A stretch of DNA of 64,000 bases from positions 3,348,001-3,412,000 of the forward strand of contig CM030334.1 in NCBI GenBank assembly GCA_017654855.1, written 5' to 3'. Position numbers and translations under genes: made by a program. Source of the stretch: Podospora anserina (taxonomy: Eukaryota). Of the stretch, positions 25,551 through 35,144 are shown in pieces. The stretch's first letter is position 1. Each line of letters starts with the position of its first letter. The notes below the pieces were generated by a model. It searched no databases. It saw only the letters and a program-made list of their open reading frames with translations, and had not been told where the DNA came from.

Positions 25551-26466
25551 TTTCAAGGGTATATTTGCATCAAACGAAGGGAGGAGGAGTGGAATGGAAG
25601 GGAGGAGGGGTTGCATGGAAGGGGGGAGGAATTGCATGGAAAGAACGGAGTCTGGAGGACATGGAAAGGATGGAGGGCATGGAAATTTGATTTTGAAAAC
25701 TTGTTTGGGATCGGGCATTGCAAGGTGTTGGGGATAAGCGTATACACATCAGTTGAGATGGAAGATTGCGTTTGAGGCTTTGGATGATCAGTGTGATGTG
25801 TAATTGTGTCTCGTGTGCATGTGATGTGTGATCAATGTCTATTGCGCTGTGTGCTAGGTGTGCAATGTGCTTTTCAATGCCTCCATTAATTTGTCCAAGG
25901 CCTCGATTGATCTCTTGAAAGGCCTCAACCTCATCTGTCGCTCTGAAAGTCACTGCTATTGTCCCGAATGACTCCTTCAACCTGTGAATAGCTTCATCGC
26001 TTGAATACCCCAACATCCAGACACACCACCATCTGGACCCCAGCCCTGCGATAACTCCCATGTCCTCTTATAGTAAAACTCTTGATGGTGTGTTACACCT
26101 CACGTGACGAACGAAAATAACATTTGATAATGGTGTTGGTGATCGCCCCGTTTTGAAGCAGGTTTCGCTTGACGCCTTCGGTGTGACATCATAGGCCAGA
26201 CCCCCATCACCAACGACCTCATCAGCCAAGAACGAAATTCCATTTTCATAACCACAACGTCAGCACCTTTCAGCCGCCTTCCTTTTCGCACAAATCAAGA
26301 ATTCTGACCTTCATACACTAGGCACAGACGAACCCTTATTTCAGTCGGTCGCTCCCTAGTCCCTGCACCAGCAGCCGTTCAAGCTCTGATCATCCATCCC
26401 CTAGCTCACATTCTCCATCTCATCACCCACATTCAAAACACACACCACAGAGAGAGGAAAAAAAAA

Positions 26467-27309
26467 ATGCCACGATCTTACCGCTCCGACAGCTCCCCCG
26501 AGCGAGAAAGAGAAGACTACCACCGCCCCTCCCGTCACCGCTCCGTCACCCCCGGCCCCAACACCCGCGGTCCTTCCCGTCCAAGAGATTACTCCCCCTC
26601 TTCCCGCGGAGGGGGCCGCGCAGACGAGTACTACGCCTCGGGCGCTTTGCAGGAGCGACACCCCCACTTTGAATACGAAGACCACACCCCCTTTTACCGC
26701 CCCGACCCACGCGATCGTGATACGTTGCAGATCCCGCGTGACGGCTATCGCCGGTCTTCTAGGCCGAGAACAACCCGCACCAAAACCGATGATAGTTTGA
26801 CAACGGGAACGACGTATACAGGTGACACAACCACCATCATCCCTCGCTCTAGCCGTGGCCGTTCCAGATCGTCTAGCAGTTCCTCTTCGCGATCTTCATC
26901 ACCAGACATCCACCACCGCAAACGGGGTCCGATTCGGCAGGCGAAGAAATCGCTTCAGGAAACTTTTACTCCGTCTACTTCTGGCTTGGGGGTGGGGGTT
27001 CTAGGTGCTATTGTTGGTGGTCTGGCGGCACGAGAGGCGGTGGAGCATTTACCTCCGAAGTCGAGATCAAAGAGTAGATCGGGGAGTCACAGCAAGAGTA
27101 AGCATGACAAGGTTGCGGTTCTGGGCACGGTGCTAGGGGCGGCGATTGGGGGGTTGGGGGCGAATGCGATTGAGAGGCATATTGAGAGGAAAAAGGGGAT
27201 TGAGGAGAGTTGGGGACAGAGGGAGGGGGAGTTGGCTAGGTTGGAGGAACGGGTGAAGGAGGCGGAGGGGGGGAGGGATAGGGAGTATGAGAGGGGGAGG
27301 AGGTACTGA
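26467..27309 (+). CDS. Arg/Ser-rich protein with a C-terminal two-helix glycine-zipper domain
   Basis: 280-aa ORF containing 'GLGVGVLGAIVGGLAA' and 'VLGTVLGAAIGGLGANAIE'. It has a C-rich start and a G-rich end. Confidence 0.85.
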   Translation: MPRSYRSDSSPEREREDYHRPSRHRSVTPGPNTRGPSRPRDYSPSSRGGGRADEYYASGALQERHPHFEYEDHTPFYRPDPRDRDTLQIPRDGYRRSSRPRTTRTKTDDSLTTGTTYTGDTTTIIPRSSRGRSRSSSSSSSRSSSPDIHHRKRGPIRQAKKSLQETFTPSTSGLGVGVLGAIVGGLAAREAVEHLPPKSRSKSRSGSHSKSKHDKVAVLGTVLGAAIGGLGANAIERHIERKKGIEESWGQREGELARLEERVKEAEGGRDREYERGRRY

Positions 27310-27524
27310 TGGGGGTTTGTTGAGGAGTGGTTATGAGGTTATGATCTGATGATAGGGGTGGCTTCTGGTTTGTTTGGCGTTGGTATGAGTCAGGGATGGC
27401 ATATCTATTGGAATTTCTGTTGCCACTGCTGTATGCTGGAATGACAGTTTTCTGACTCATCTCCCAGTGTTCTCTTCTACCAAATGACCCCATCCTCCTC
27501 CATCCAGTGATTAGTGATTAGACG

Positions 27525-27880
27525 TCAGTGCAAGACAATGTCTTGATATTGGTCGTCTGCCAAGCCCTTGTCGTAATCACCGCCCGTAAAACCATGGAGA
27601 AAGCCGTTACCGATGACCATGTACTGCGGATAGTCATCGGTGTCTCAGTCCCCGATCTTGACATAAGAGTTGTCAGGGTCAGGTTCACGGAGAGGACGGA
27701 GGATAAAGGGAGCCGGGCACCCTGGGATGACGTGGATCTCGTCGTTCTTCTCTGCATCCCTTGGGCACAGGCCGAAGGGAGCGGTTGCGTCATTTGTGAG
27801 GAGAAGCTTGCGCTCCCAGAGACGGGCCAGAAGGTGGTAGACAAGCTTTGCTTGCTTGGAGACGACCGAGTCATGTAGGC
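27525..27880 (-). pseudogene. 3' remnant of a paralog of the neighbouring HET-domain gene
   Basis: Translates as YHLLARLWERKL...HVIPGCPAPFILR...IGD*DTDDYPQYMVIGNGFLHGF...IVLH*, which aligns to the C-terminus of 28454-30683. TGA at 27645-27647 replaces a Trp, and no 5' part is visible. Confidence 0.85.
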
Positions 27881-28097
27881 CAGAAGCGCTGGGAAACTGT
27901 CCAGAAGACACCCTCGACTGAAGCGTCTTCCAAAGCTCCAGTACCTATGGAGAAACTTGGCAGTAGAACCCGATGGATTAGCAAGAGGGAACCTTTACGG
28001 AGCCCCCTATTTGTCTTACCAGCGTCCCCCTCCATACCTACCTAGGTACCACAGCGGGGCAATATGGTGCCAGAGCACGAGGTCCAGGCCAAACATC

Positions 28098-28416
28098 CTA
28101 TCTGTAAAGGTCTTTTAGCTATCTTTTAAGGCCTTTAGATTTTTTTTAAAGACCTCTAAACTATCTTCTACGACCTGTAAACTATCTTAAAGGACCTTTA
28201 ACTATCCTTCAAGGCTTTTTAACTATCTTGAAGGGCCTTTCGCTATTTTTTTAAGGCTTTTTAACTATCTTTAAATGCCTTTAAATTATCTTTTGAGGCT
28301 TTAAAATTATCCTTTAACGCTTTTTGATTATCCTTTATGGCCTTTAAATTATGCTTAAAGCCTTTAAACTATCTTTTAAGGCCTTCAAACTATATTTAAA
28401 GACCTTTAAACTATCT
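28098..28416. repeat. AT-rich 21-bp minisatellite, about 15 units, consensus CTATCTTTTAAGGCCTTTAAA
   Basis: Units read directly, for example ctatcttttaaggcctttaga, ctatcttttaaggccttcaaa and ctatatttaaagacctttaaa. Confidence 0.9.
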
Positions 28417-28453
28417 GGTGTGCTTACAAAGATCAAAACGCGCCCTTATTTCC

Positions 28454-30683
28454 CTAGTGCAGAGCAATCTTCTCCTCCGCCACCCCCTTTCCGAGTCCAC
28501 CATCACCACCCATAAACCCATGGTAGAACCCATTCCCAACCACCATGTACTGCGGCAGCGCATCGCTCTCCCAATCGCCCAACTGCCAGTTCGTATTCAC
28601 ATTGGGGCCATCCAGTCTCCGAAGAATGAACGGCGCCGGGCACCCTGGAATAACATGCACCTCGTCGCCTTTCTGCGCATCCCTCGGTGCCAGACCAATC
28701 TTGTCATCATTTCCCGTGACGAACAACCTTCGCTCCCAGAGGCAAGCAAGAAGGTGGTAGATCATCTTCGAGTCGTGGGAGACAACCAAATCATGGACTG
28801 CATCTTGGTTGCTGGCCAGGGCCATGGCGCGAATAAAGTCAGAGGCAAAGTCGGAGATCCATCCAGGAACCCAGGTGGGAACCCATTCGTCAATGATCGG
28901 TTGGATGTTGAAGGGATCGACGCCAACTTCTGTCTGAGGCTGCGGGGTGGTGCCCTCCGTGGCAGGAGCAGGACTCTTGGGACCAGGACTCTTAGGAGCA
29001 GGATTAACCAGATCCCAAAGCGACCTCAACCTCGAATAATCCGATTGCTCCTCCCCCTCCGAAGCCGTCGTCGGACGCCCATACGATAGACGATCCCCAT
29101 CAATCTCGGTCGAGTCGTTAATCATCGTCCTCCAAAACGCATCCGTCCTCTCATCATTAGTCCCCGGATCCTCCCCCCACCCCTCCCTCTTCACCCCCGC
29201 CAACTCCATCCACGAGCTCAACACCCTCGGCACGTCCAACCACCGCCCCTGATCAACCAGCACCTCCCCGACCCTCCCAATAACCCCCACCCTCCTCGAC
29301 TTCGTAAGCAGTATCCCATTCTTCGTCATCTTCAAATACTTGACAAAAACCTTCCTCGCCCTCTCCTCCCCCCCCTCATCAACAAAACTCGCATAAACCG
29401 CCAACCTCCTCCTCTCCATCAACGCCCACTTGGGCGGGAACGTACAAAAGCTCGCATCCGCCACCCAGCTCGGGACATGCAGCCTTCTGTAACCATCCTG
29501 CGGCCTGAACAACCTCTCCCCCATGAGCAACTCCACCCCGTCACTCTCCCCCTTCACACACGCAAACACCGCCTCCGTCAGCGCCTGCCTCAACGACAAG
29601 GTGTAATCCGGCCTGAGAAAATTCTTATTCGTAACGATGCCCAAAAACCCGTAAAACGAGTCCCTCTTCCAGCTCACCTGCGAGCCGCAGAACTTGCGTC
29701 GGAGCTGTGTGAATGTAATAGGGGTTTTGGCTTCCAACTTTTGCTGGCGGGTGGTGACCATTGATGAGATACGTTCTTCGATCGTGACGATGGTGTCGAA
29801 CCCCAAACCTCGCAGGGCTAAACGGTGGGTTTTGCAGCATTTGGCCGTCGAGTGACGGGTTAGACCGTCGACTGCGTTTTGGAGGGTGAGGTAAGGGAGT
29901 TCTTGGTCCGCGAATAGGAGGGTGATGTCGGAGGGGAGGGCGAGCTCCTGGATCGTCCAGGTGCGTTTCCACCATTCCAGGTCGAGGAGGGCGGCGAAGG
30001 ATTCGAAGTGGGGTTTGTAGGAGTCTTTGATGTCGGCGCGCTTGCCTTTGGTGAGGGGGGTGAAGCAGGGGAGGTCGGAGAGGTGGGTGGTGGGTTGGGA
30101 GAGGGCGGCGAAGAGGTTGAGGAGCTCGAGGGCGGAGGCGGGGGATGAAGGGGTGGTGGCGGTCACGTCGGCTGGTTTGGGGAAGTCGCCTAGCCTGGGG
30201 GATGGTCAGTACGGATTATGTCAGGGCGAGGAAAGGAGGGTCGTACCAGATGAAACACCTCCCGCAGTACTTGTAAATATCCCCTATCTTGCCCACCTGC
30301 TCACTCTTCTCCACTGGGTTCCCCTGGTCGATGCATATGGCGTCAATCCAGAACTTCTTCGGCTCGGTCTTGTGACGGATCCGACGCAGGGCAAGCCAGA
30401 GGTTCTTCCGGATCTTGAACTGGGTGTTTTCGTTCACGGTGATGAACTGCTCGTCGTCTTTGGTGCCCCAGGCATACGACAGAGCGTCAAAGTGGCCGTA
30501 TAGATCAGGGTCAAACTCGAAGATGTCGACCCTGCAGACGACGGGAGCTGTGTCGTCCTCGCTTGGCTCTAGGGTGAGGAGACGGACTTCGGCTGGGTCG
30601 AGGCCGAGGGGGGTGTAGGCGAAGCCGGATTTCCTGTAGCCGGCCCGCTGGGGTTGGGGGGATGGGCCGAGGGGGGTGGGCAT
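28454..30683 (-). CDS. HET-domain (heterokaryon incompatibility, HET-6-like) protein, 2 exons
   Basis: Motifs 'EVRLLTL', 'FDALSYAWG', 'FWIDAICIDQ', 'IGDIY...FIWLG' and 'WWKRTWTIQE'. Intron 30195-30246 (GTACGA..CTGAC..CAG). The tail 'GDEVHVIPGCPAPFILR' is HET-6-like. Confidence 0.93.
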
Positions 30684-31364
30684 GGTGATTCAGAGTGGTA
30701 TGCAATTCTCAAGTTTGAAGTGATCAGGAAAGATGAAGATGAAGGTCCCTGTGAAGGACATGTTGCGTTTTTAAACCCCACACTTCAACTCAACGACGCT
30801 GCCGCCCAACATTTCTTCAACCTCTCTCGATATGTGATGGACATTAGACCCGGCCAGACCACTCCGACAGTCCAGGTCTAGACCTGAAGCGCGCATTCAG
30901 CCAGCCTCCAGCTCCCAGGTTGTCAATAGTTGATGCATGGAGGTGGAGTCGAGCAGGCAAATGGTAGGCCATGATGGTCAAAGACTTGAGGAATCAGAAA
31001 AGGAGTGGGATATCGACTCAATAATAGTACGAAGGTATGTAACCAACCCTTCTACCGTAGTGATTGGATAGACAAGCCCAATATAGAAATAGCTATCACA
31101 TCGATAGACATGGTAATTTCGATCGAAATGTTACAAAGCGTTACACACCCCACCTCATGTCTTGGCCGTTGACGGTTTGCGGGGAGGTCACGTGGCGGTT
31201 ACACCCCAACAGCAGGGGTACACCGCATGGGCCGACGCTATGCGACGTCACTTGCAACGGCCGGTGGGCTGAGCTCCAGCTGTTGCTCTTCTCTCGATGC
31301 ATTCACAGCTTCGAGTTTGATGGATTGAACCCCTCTTTTGCTTTTCCAACTCAAAATATCCAAA

Positions 31365-32522
31365 ATGTCGAGACTGGCGACCCTCCCCCGACGACTGGCT
31401 CTCCTCCGCCCCCTAAGGAGGACGACATGCACCGCCAGGAGCTACTCCACAGCATCCGAGCAGCGCCTCGACAACCGCGTCAAGATCGTCGAAGTAGGGC
31501 CGCGCGATGGCCTCCAAAACGAAAAGAATATCGTGCCGCTGGCGACAAAGATTGAGCTGATTGAACGACTGGCAAAGACCGGGCTTCAGACAATCGAGGC
31601 GGGTTCGTTTGTCGCTCCGAAATGGGTGCCACAAGTATGCCGCCCCCTTTCCAACAACCCTTTCCAACTCCCTAGATGCTTACCATATGAAAAACAGATG
31701 GCCAACTCCTCCGAAATCCTCTCCCACATCCTCACCACCCCACCACCCTCCCCCCACCCCCTAACCTACTCCTTCCTCGCCCCCAACATGAAAGGCCTCT
31801 CCAACGCCTTCTCCATCCTCGACGCAAACCCCTCCTCTTTCTCCACCGAATCCAACCCTTCACCATCAAAACCCTCCCTCGAAATGGCCGTCTTTGCCTC
31901 GGCAACCGAAACCTTTTCCCAGAAAAACCTCAACGCCTCCATCGCCGCCTCTCTTGAAGCTTTTAGGGCGGTCATCTCCGCCGCCAAGGAAACACCCTAC
32001 AACCTCCGCGTCCGCGGCTACATCTCCGTCGTCCTCGGCTGCCCCTTTGAGGGCTACGACGTCTCGCCCCACCGCGTTGCTGAGATTGCTACCGGGCTGC
32101 TCGAGATGGGAGTGGACGAAATCGCGCTGGGTGATACGACAGGCATGGGCACTGCGCCCAGAACAAAGGACTTGTTGAATTGTCTGAGGAGCGCGGGGAT
32201 AAGGAATGAGGATGTGGCGATGCACTTTCATGATACGTACGGGCAGGCGCTGGTGAACACGGCTGTGGCGTTGGAGCATGGGATCAGGACGTTCGATGCT
32301 AGTGTTAGTGGGTTGGGGGGTTGCCCGTACAGCCCGGGGGCTACCGGGAATGTGGCGACGGAGGATGTGGTGTATTTTATGGAGAGTTTGGGGATGGATG
32401 CGGGGGTTGATTTGGATGGGGTGGCCGAGGTGGGGGAGTGGATTAGCAAGGAGTTGGGGAGGGGGAATGGGAGTACCGTTGGGAGGGCGGTTTTGGGGCG
32501 GAGGAAGAGGAAGCAGGAGTGA
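31365..32522 (+). CDS. Hydroxymethylglutaryl-CoA lyase (mitochondrial presequence likely)
   Basis: Motifs 'VKIVEVGPRDGLQNE', 'HFHDTYGQAL' and 'GLGGCPYSPGATGNVATED'. In-frame intron 31635-31697. The N-terminus is Arg-rich. Confidence 0.95.
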   Translation: MSRLATLPRRLALLRPLRRTTCTARSYSTASEQRLDNRVKIVEVGPRDGLQNEKNIVPLATKIELIERLAKTGLQTIEAGSFVAPKWVPQVCRPLSNNPFQLPRCLPYEKQMANSSEILSHILTTPPPSPHPLTYSFLAPNMKGLSNAFSILDANPSSFSTESNPSPSKPSLEMAVFASATETFSQKNLNASIAASLEAFRAVISAAKETPYNLRVRGYISVVLGCPFEGYDVSPHRVAEIATGLLEMGVDEIALGDTTGMGTAPRTKDLLNCLRSAGIRNEDVAMHFHDTYGQALVNTAVALEHGIRTFDASVSGLGGCPYSPGATGNVATEDVVYFMESLGMDAGVDLDGVAEVGEWISKELGRGNGSTVGRAVLGRRKRKQE

Positions 32523-32642
32523 TGAGGAAGAGGGGGGATGTACATACATGCATAGGTTGATTTGGAGTTAGGGTATGAGGATCATGAGGAAATGAATTGT
32601 CAAGATTGGTTTATTTTATTTCGCTTTTCCGAGAGGGTGTTG

Positions 32643-33757
32643 CTAGTCTTCTTTTGCAAAGGTGTTGGCTACGATGAAGGGGAAGGCGGCTGTGGCTTCC
32701 ATGTAGACCTGTTGCGATGTTAGCTCTGCTGTCTGTCTGGTTGATGAAGAAAAGAAGAACTGACCTTGACTGCATCAGCACCGATCTTGATCTTTCCCCA
32801 GCTGACCGCCTCATCTGGTCTCGCACCGGCGTCACTGCCGTCAAACTCCTGAGCCGTGTTAACATACACGGCCGACTCGGCCCCGTTTCTCATCAAGCAC
32901 GCATTGGCTATGTGGTGCTTCACAATCCCGCCTCCCAAAATAATCATGCCTGCCCTCTTGGCCCTCACAGCAATGGTGTTGATCTTTCTGATATCTTCGA
33001 CGATATCCACCCTCAACTGCTTCGGCGACGCCTTGAACGTGTGGAAATACAGCATATCCCCCAAACTCCCATCCGTCAGCGCCGGGCAGAAAACAGGGAT
33101 GTTGTTCTTGTACGCCCAGTAATAGACGCTCCTCTCATCGTTGATCTCCTTGCCCAACCGGTGGATAATCTTGGAGGGCGTCCAGTTGATCTCGTCTTCG
33201 GTACCCTTGGAGGCCTCCTGCTCCTCGAGCATCCTGTCCAGGATGGGCACGACCCAATCTTCAAACAGGCAGTAGTTCTTGTTGGGGACGACGAGGTTCC
33301 CGATGCGGTTGAGCCCTTGCTTGCGGAGGGAGGAGCCCTCGGCGGCGAAGGAGGAGAGGTAGGTGTCGCCGAGGCACTTGATAAAGTCCTCCTCGACGCC
33401 GCCGGCGGTGGTGACGATGGCGGAGATGTGGGAGTGCTGGGCTAGGTAGCGGAGGGTGCCGCGGAGGCCGGAGGAGATGAGGTTGGAGGTGTAGCCGAGG
33501 AAGATGGTGGTTTTGGCCGAGGGGTCGGAGGGATCTGACCAGGTGCGCATGTCGTTGATTATCCGGACGGCTTCGCACATGGAGGAGGCTTGGAAGCCCA
33601 TGTGCTTCATGCCCTGGAGGAGGTCGTCGACGGTGATGGGCCGGCCTTTGAAGGCGTTGAAGTCGAGCTCTTCTACTTTTTGGGCGTCTGAGGGCATGTC
33701 GACTGATTGGACGAGGACGGCCTCGGTGGCTGCGGTTGGGGGCAGGTTGCTGTCCAT
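32643..33757 (-). CDS. DYS1: Deoxyhypusine synthase
   Basis: Motifs '[14 protein letters not shown]', '[13 protein letters not shown]' and '[20 protein letters not shown]'. Intron 32709-32764 leads into the last exon [21 protein letters not shown]. Confidence 0.96.
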
Positions 33758-34437
33758 TTTTGTCTATCTGAGGTTTTTGATATCTGATGATGATGGCGGG
33801 GTTGAGATCCGGGTGAAAATCTCAAGATAGTTTTTGAGAAACAGGCGGAGGATGGAGATATGTGCAGTAAGTCAAACCGAGACTGATGATGCTTGAGTAC
33901 ACTTGGCAGAGTAGACCCAAATTCAAATGGTGGTTACTTCTTCTTATCTTGCCAACGCCTTTTTGGCTTGAATCTTCAGACGAAGCGGGAGTCTGAGTCT
34001 CAGAGAATGAGGGACCTTCTTGGCTGCAGTTACACATCCCGCCCCACTTTTAAATGTCGAATCTTGAATGCCACACAGCTGATGCCGTTTGCTCCATGCT
34101 CCATCCCATCTACAAAGCCAAGCAACGGCGAGATCTTAGAATTCATCATTGATATCAATAGTCGACGACCGCTTTTCAATGACACTCATCTCAAGATGAC
34201 TTCGGTGAACGTGCCCTCCCAAACCCGGGCTGACGGATTCGGTGCACTAACATTTAAATCTCTTCTGTGGTTTTACCCGATACCAATGGCATGCGTGAAA
34301 CAAGCGCAGATGCCGGGACGGTGCATGGCGGGGCTTGTCCCGGAAGGGGCTAGCGTGCGGCGACGCACACCCCCCACAGGGGGCTCCCACAGGGCGGCAC
34401 CAGGCCGAAAAGCACAGGGAATTGGTTGCTTGTTAGG

Positions 34438-34483
34438 TGCTTGTGGGTGCTTGTGGGTGCTTGTGGGTTGTTTGTGGATGCTT
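34438..34483 (+). repeat. (TGCTTGTGGG)n 10-bp tandem repeat in the divergent promoter region
   Basis: tgcttgtggg tgcttgtggg tgcttgtggg ttgtttgtgg seen directly. Confidence 0.75.
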
Positions 34484-35144
34484 GGCCTGCCACATTGTGG
34501 CCCGTGAGCCCAGTCCTCTCGCTCTCCCGTGTGGCCCGGTGGAGAGGGCAGCAATTCGAGATCAGATCCACCCGACCGTCGTCCAATCTTCATCATTCTC
34601 TCTCCATCGCCATCCTCTTCCCAACACCCAAGTTCCTCATCCAAAAAGCGCGTCGCCGACATTGACGAGGTCATCAGCCCCCGCCGATTTTCCACAGAGT
34701 TCCTCTCGGAGCAGCACGCTGGCGAAATAAAATAAAATAAAAAAGATAGGCATAGAGAGACCCGCTTGCCAGGCGGACACCAGTGCCACACGCAACCGAC
34801 CGCATTGAGTTTCCGAGTTTCCAGGTTCTTGGGAAGCAGCCACTTCGACTTCAACATCCGCTTCCACTTCCGCTTGCGCCTCATCAGCATCATCACCTTC
34901 GACCAGCAACGGTCGGGCTCGAGTATAGAAGCGCCTCCTCCTATAGACACCACCAGACGGCAGCGTTAGAAGCCAGCCGCCCAGTTGAGGCTCTTTCCCG
35001 CGAAGCTCAAGCTTTGTGCCTTCGACCACAACAGCGGACGCCTGTCGGCACTCAACCACCTCGTAGCATCACAACCTCTGCCCTGACATGCGCCTGTCCG
35101 ATAAGGTGGAAAAGTAACAAGAGGGGCGTTCCCTCCGAGTTAAG

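Noticed and set aside
27645-27647. TGA at a Trp position as an A-to-I editable stop
   Set aside because: G at -1 is a disfavoured editing context and the fragment lacks its 5' exons, so ordinary pseudogene decay is simpler.
28098-28416. CRISPR-like array
   Set aside because: The units are contiguous and degenerate with no unique spacers, there are no cas genes, and the context is eukaryotic.
34783-35144. N-terminal 120 aa of the 2533-aa ORF
   Set aside because: It begins at a non-ATG codon; better-supported starts lie at 35145 (split) and 35242.
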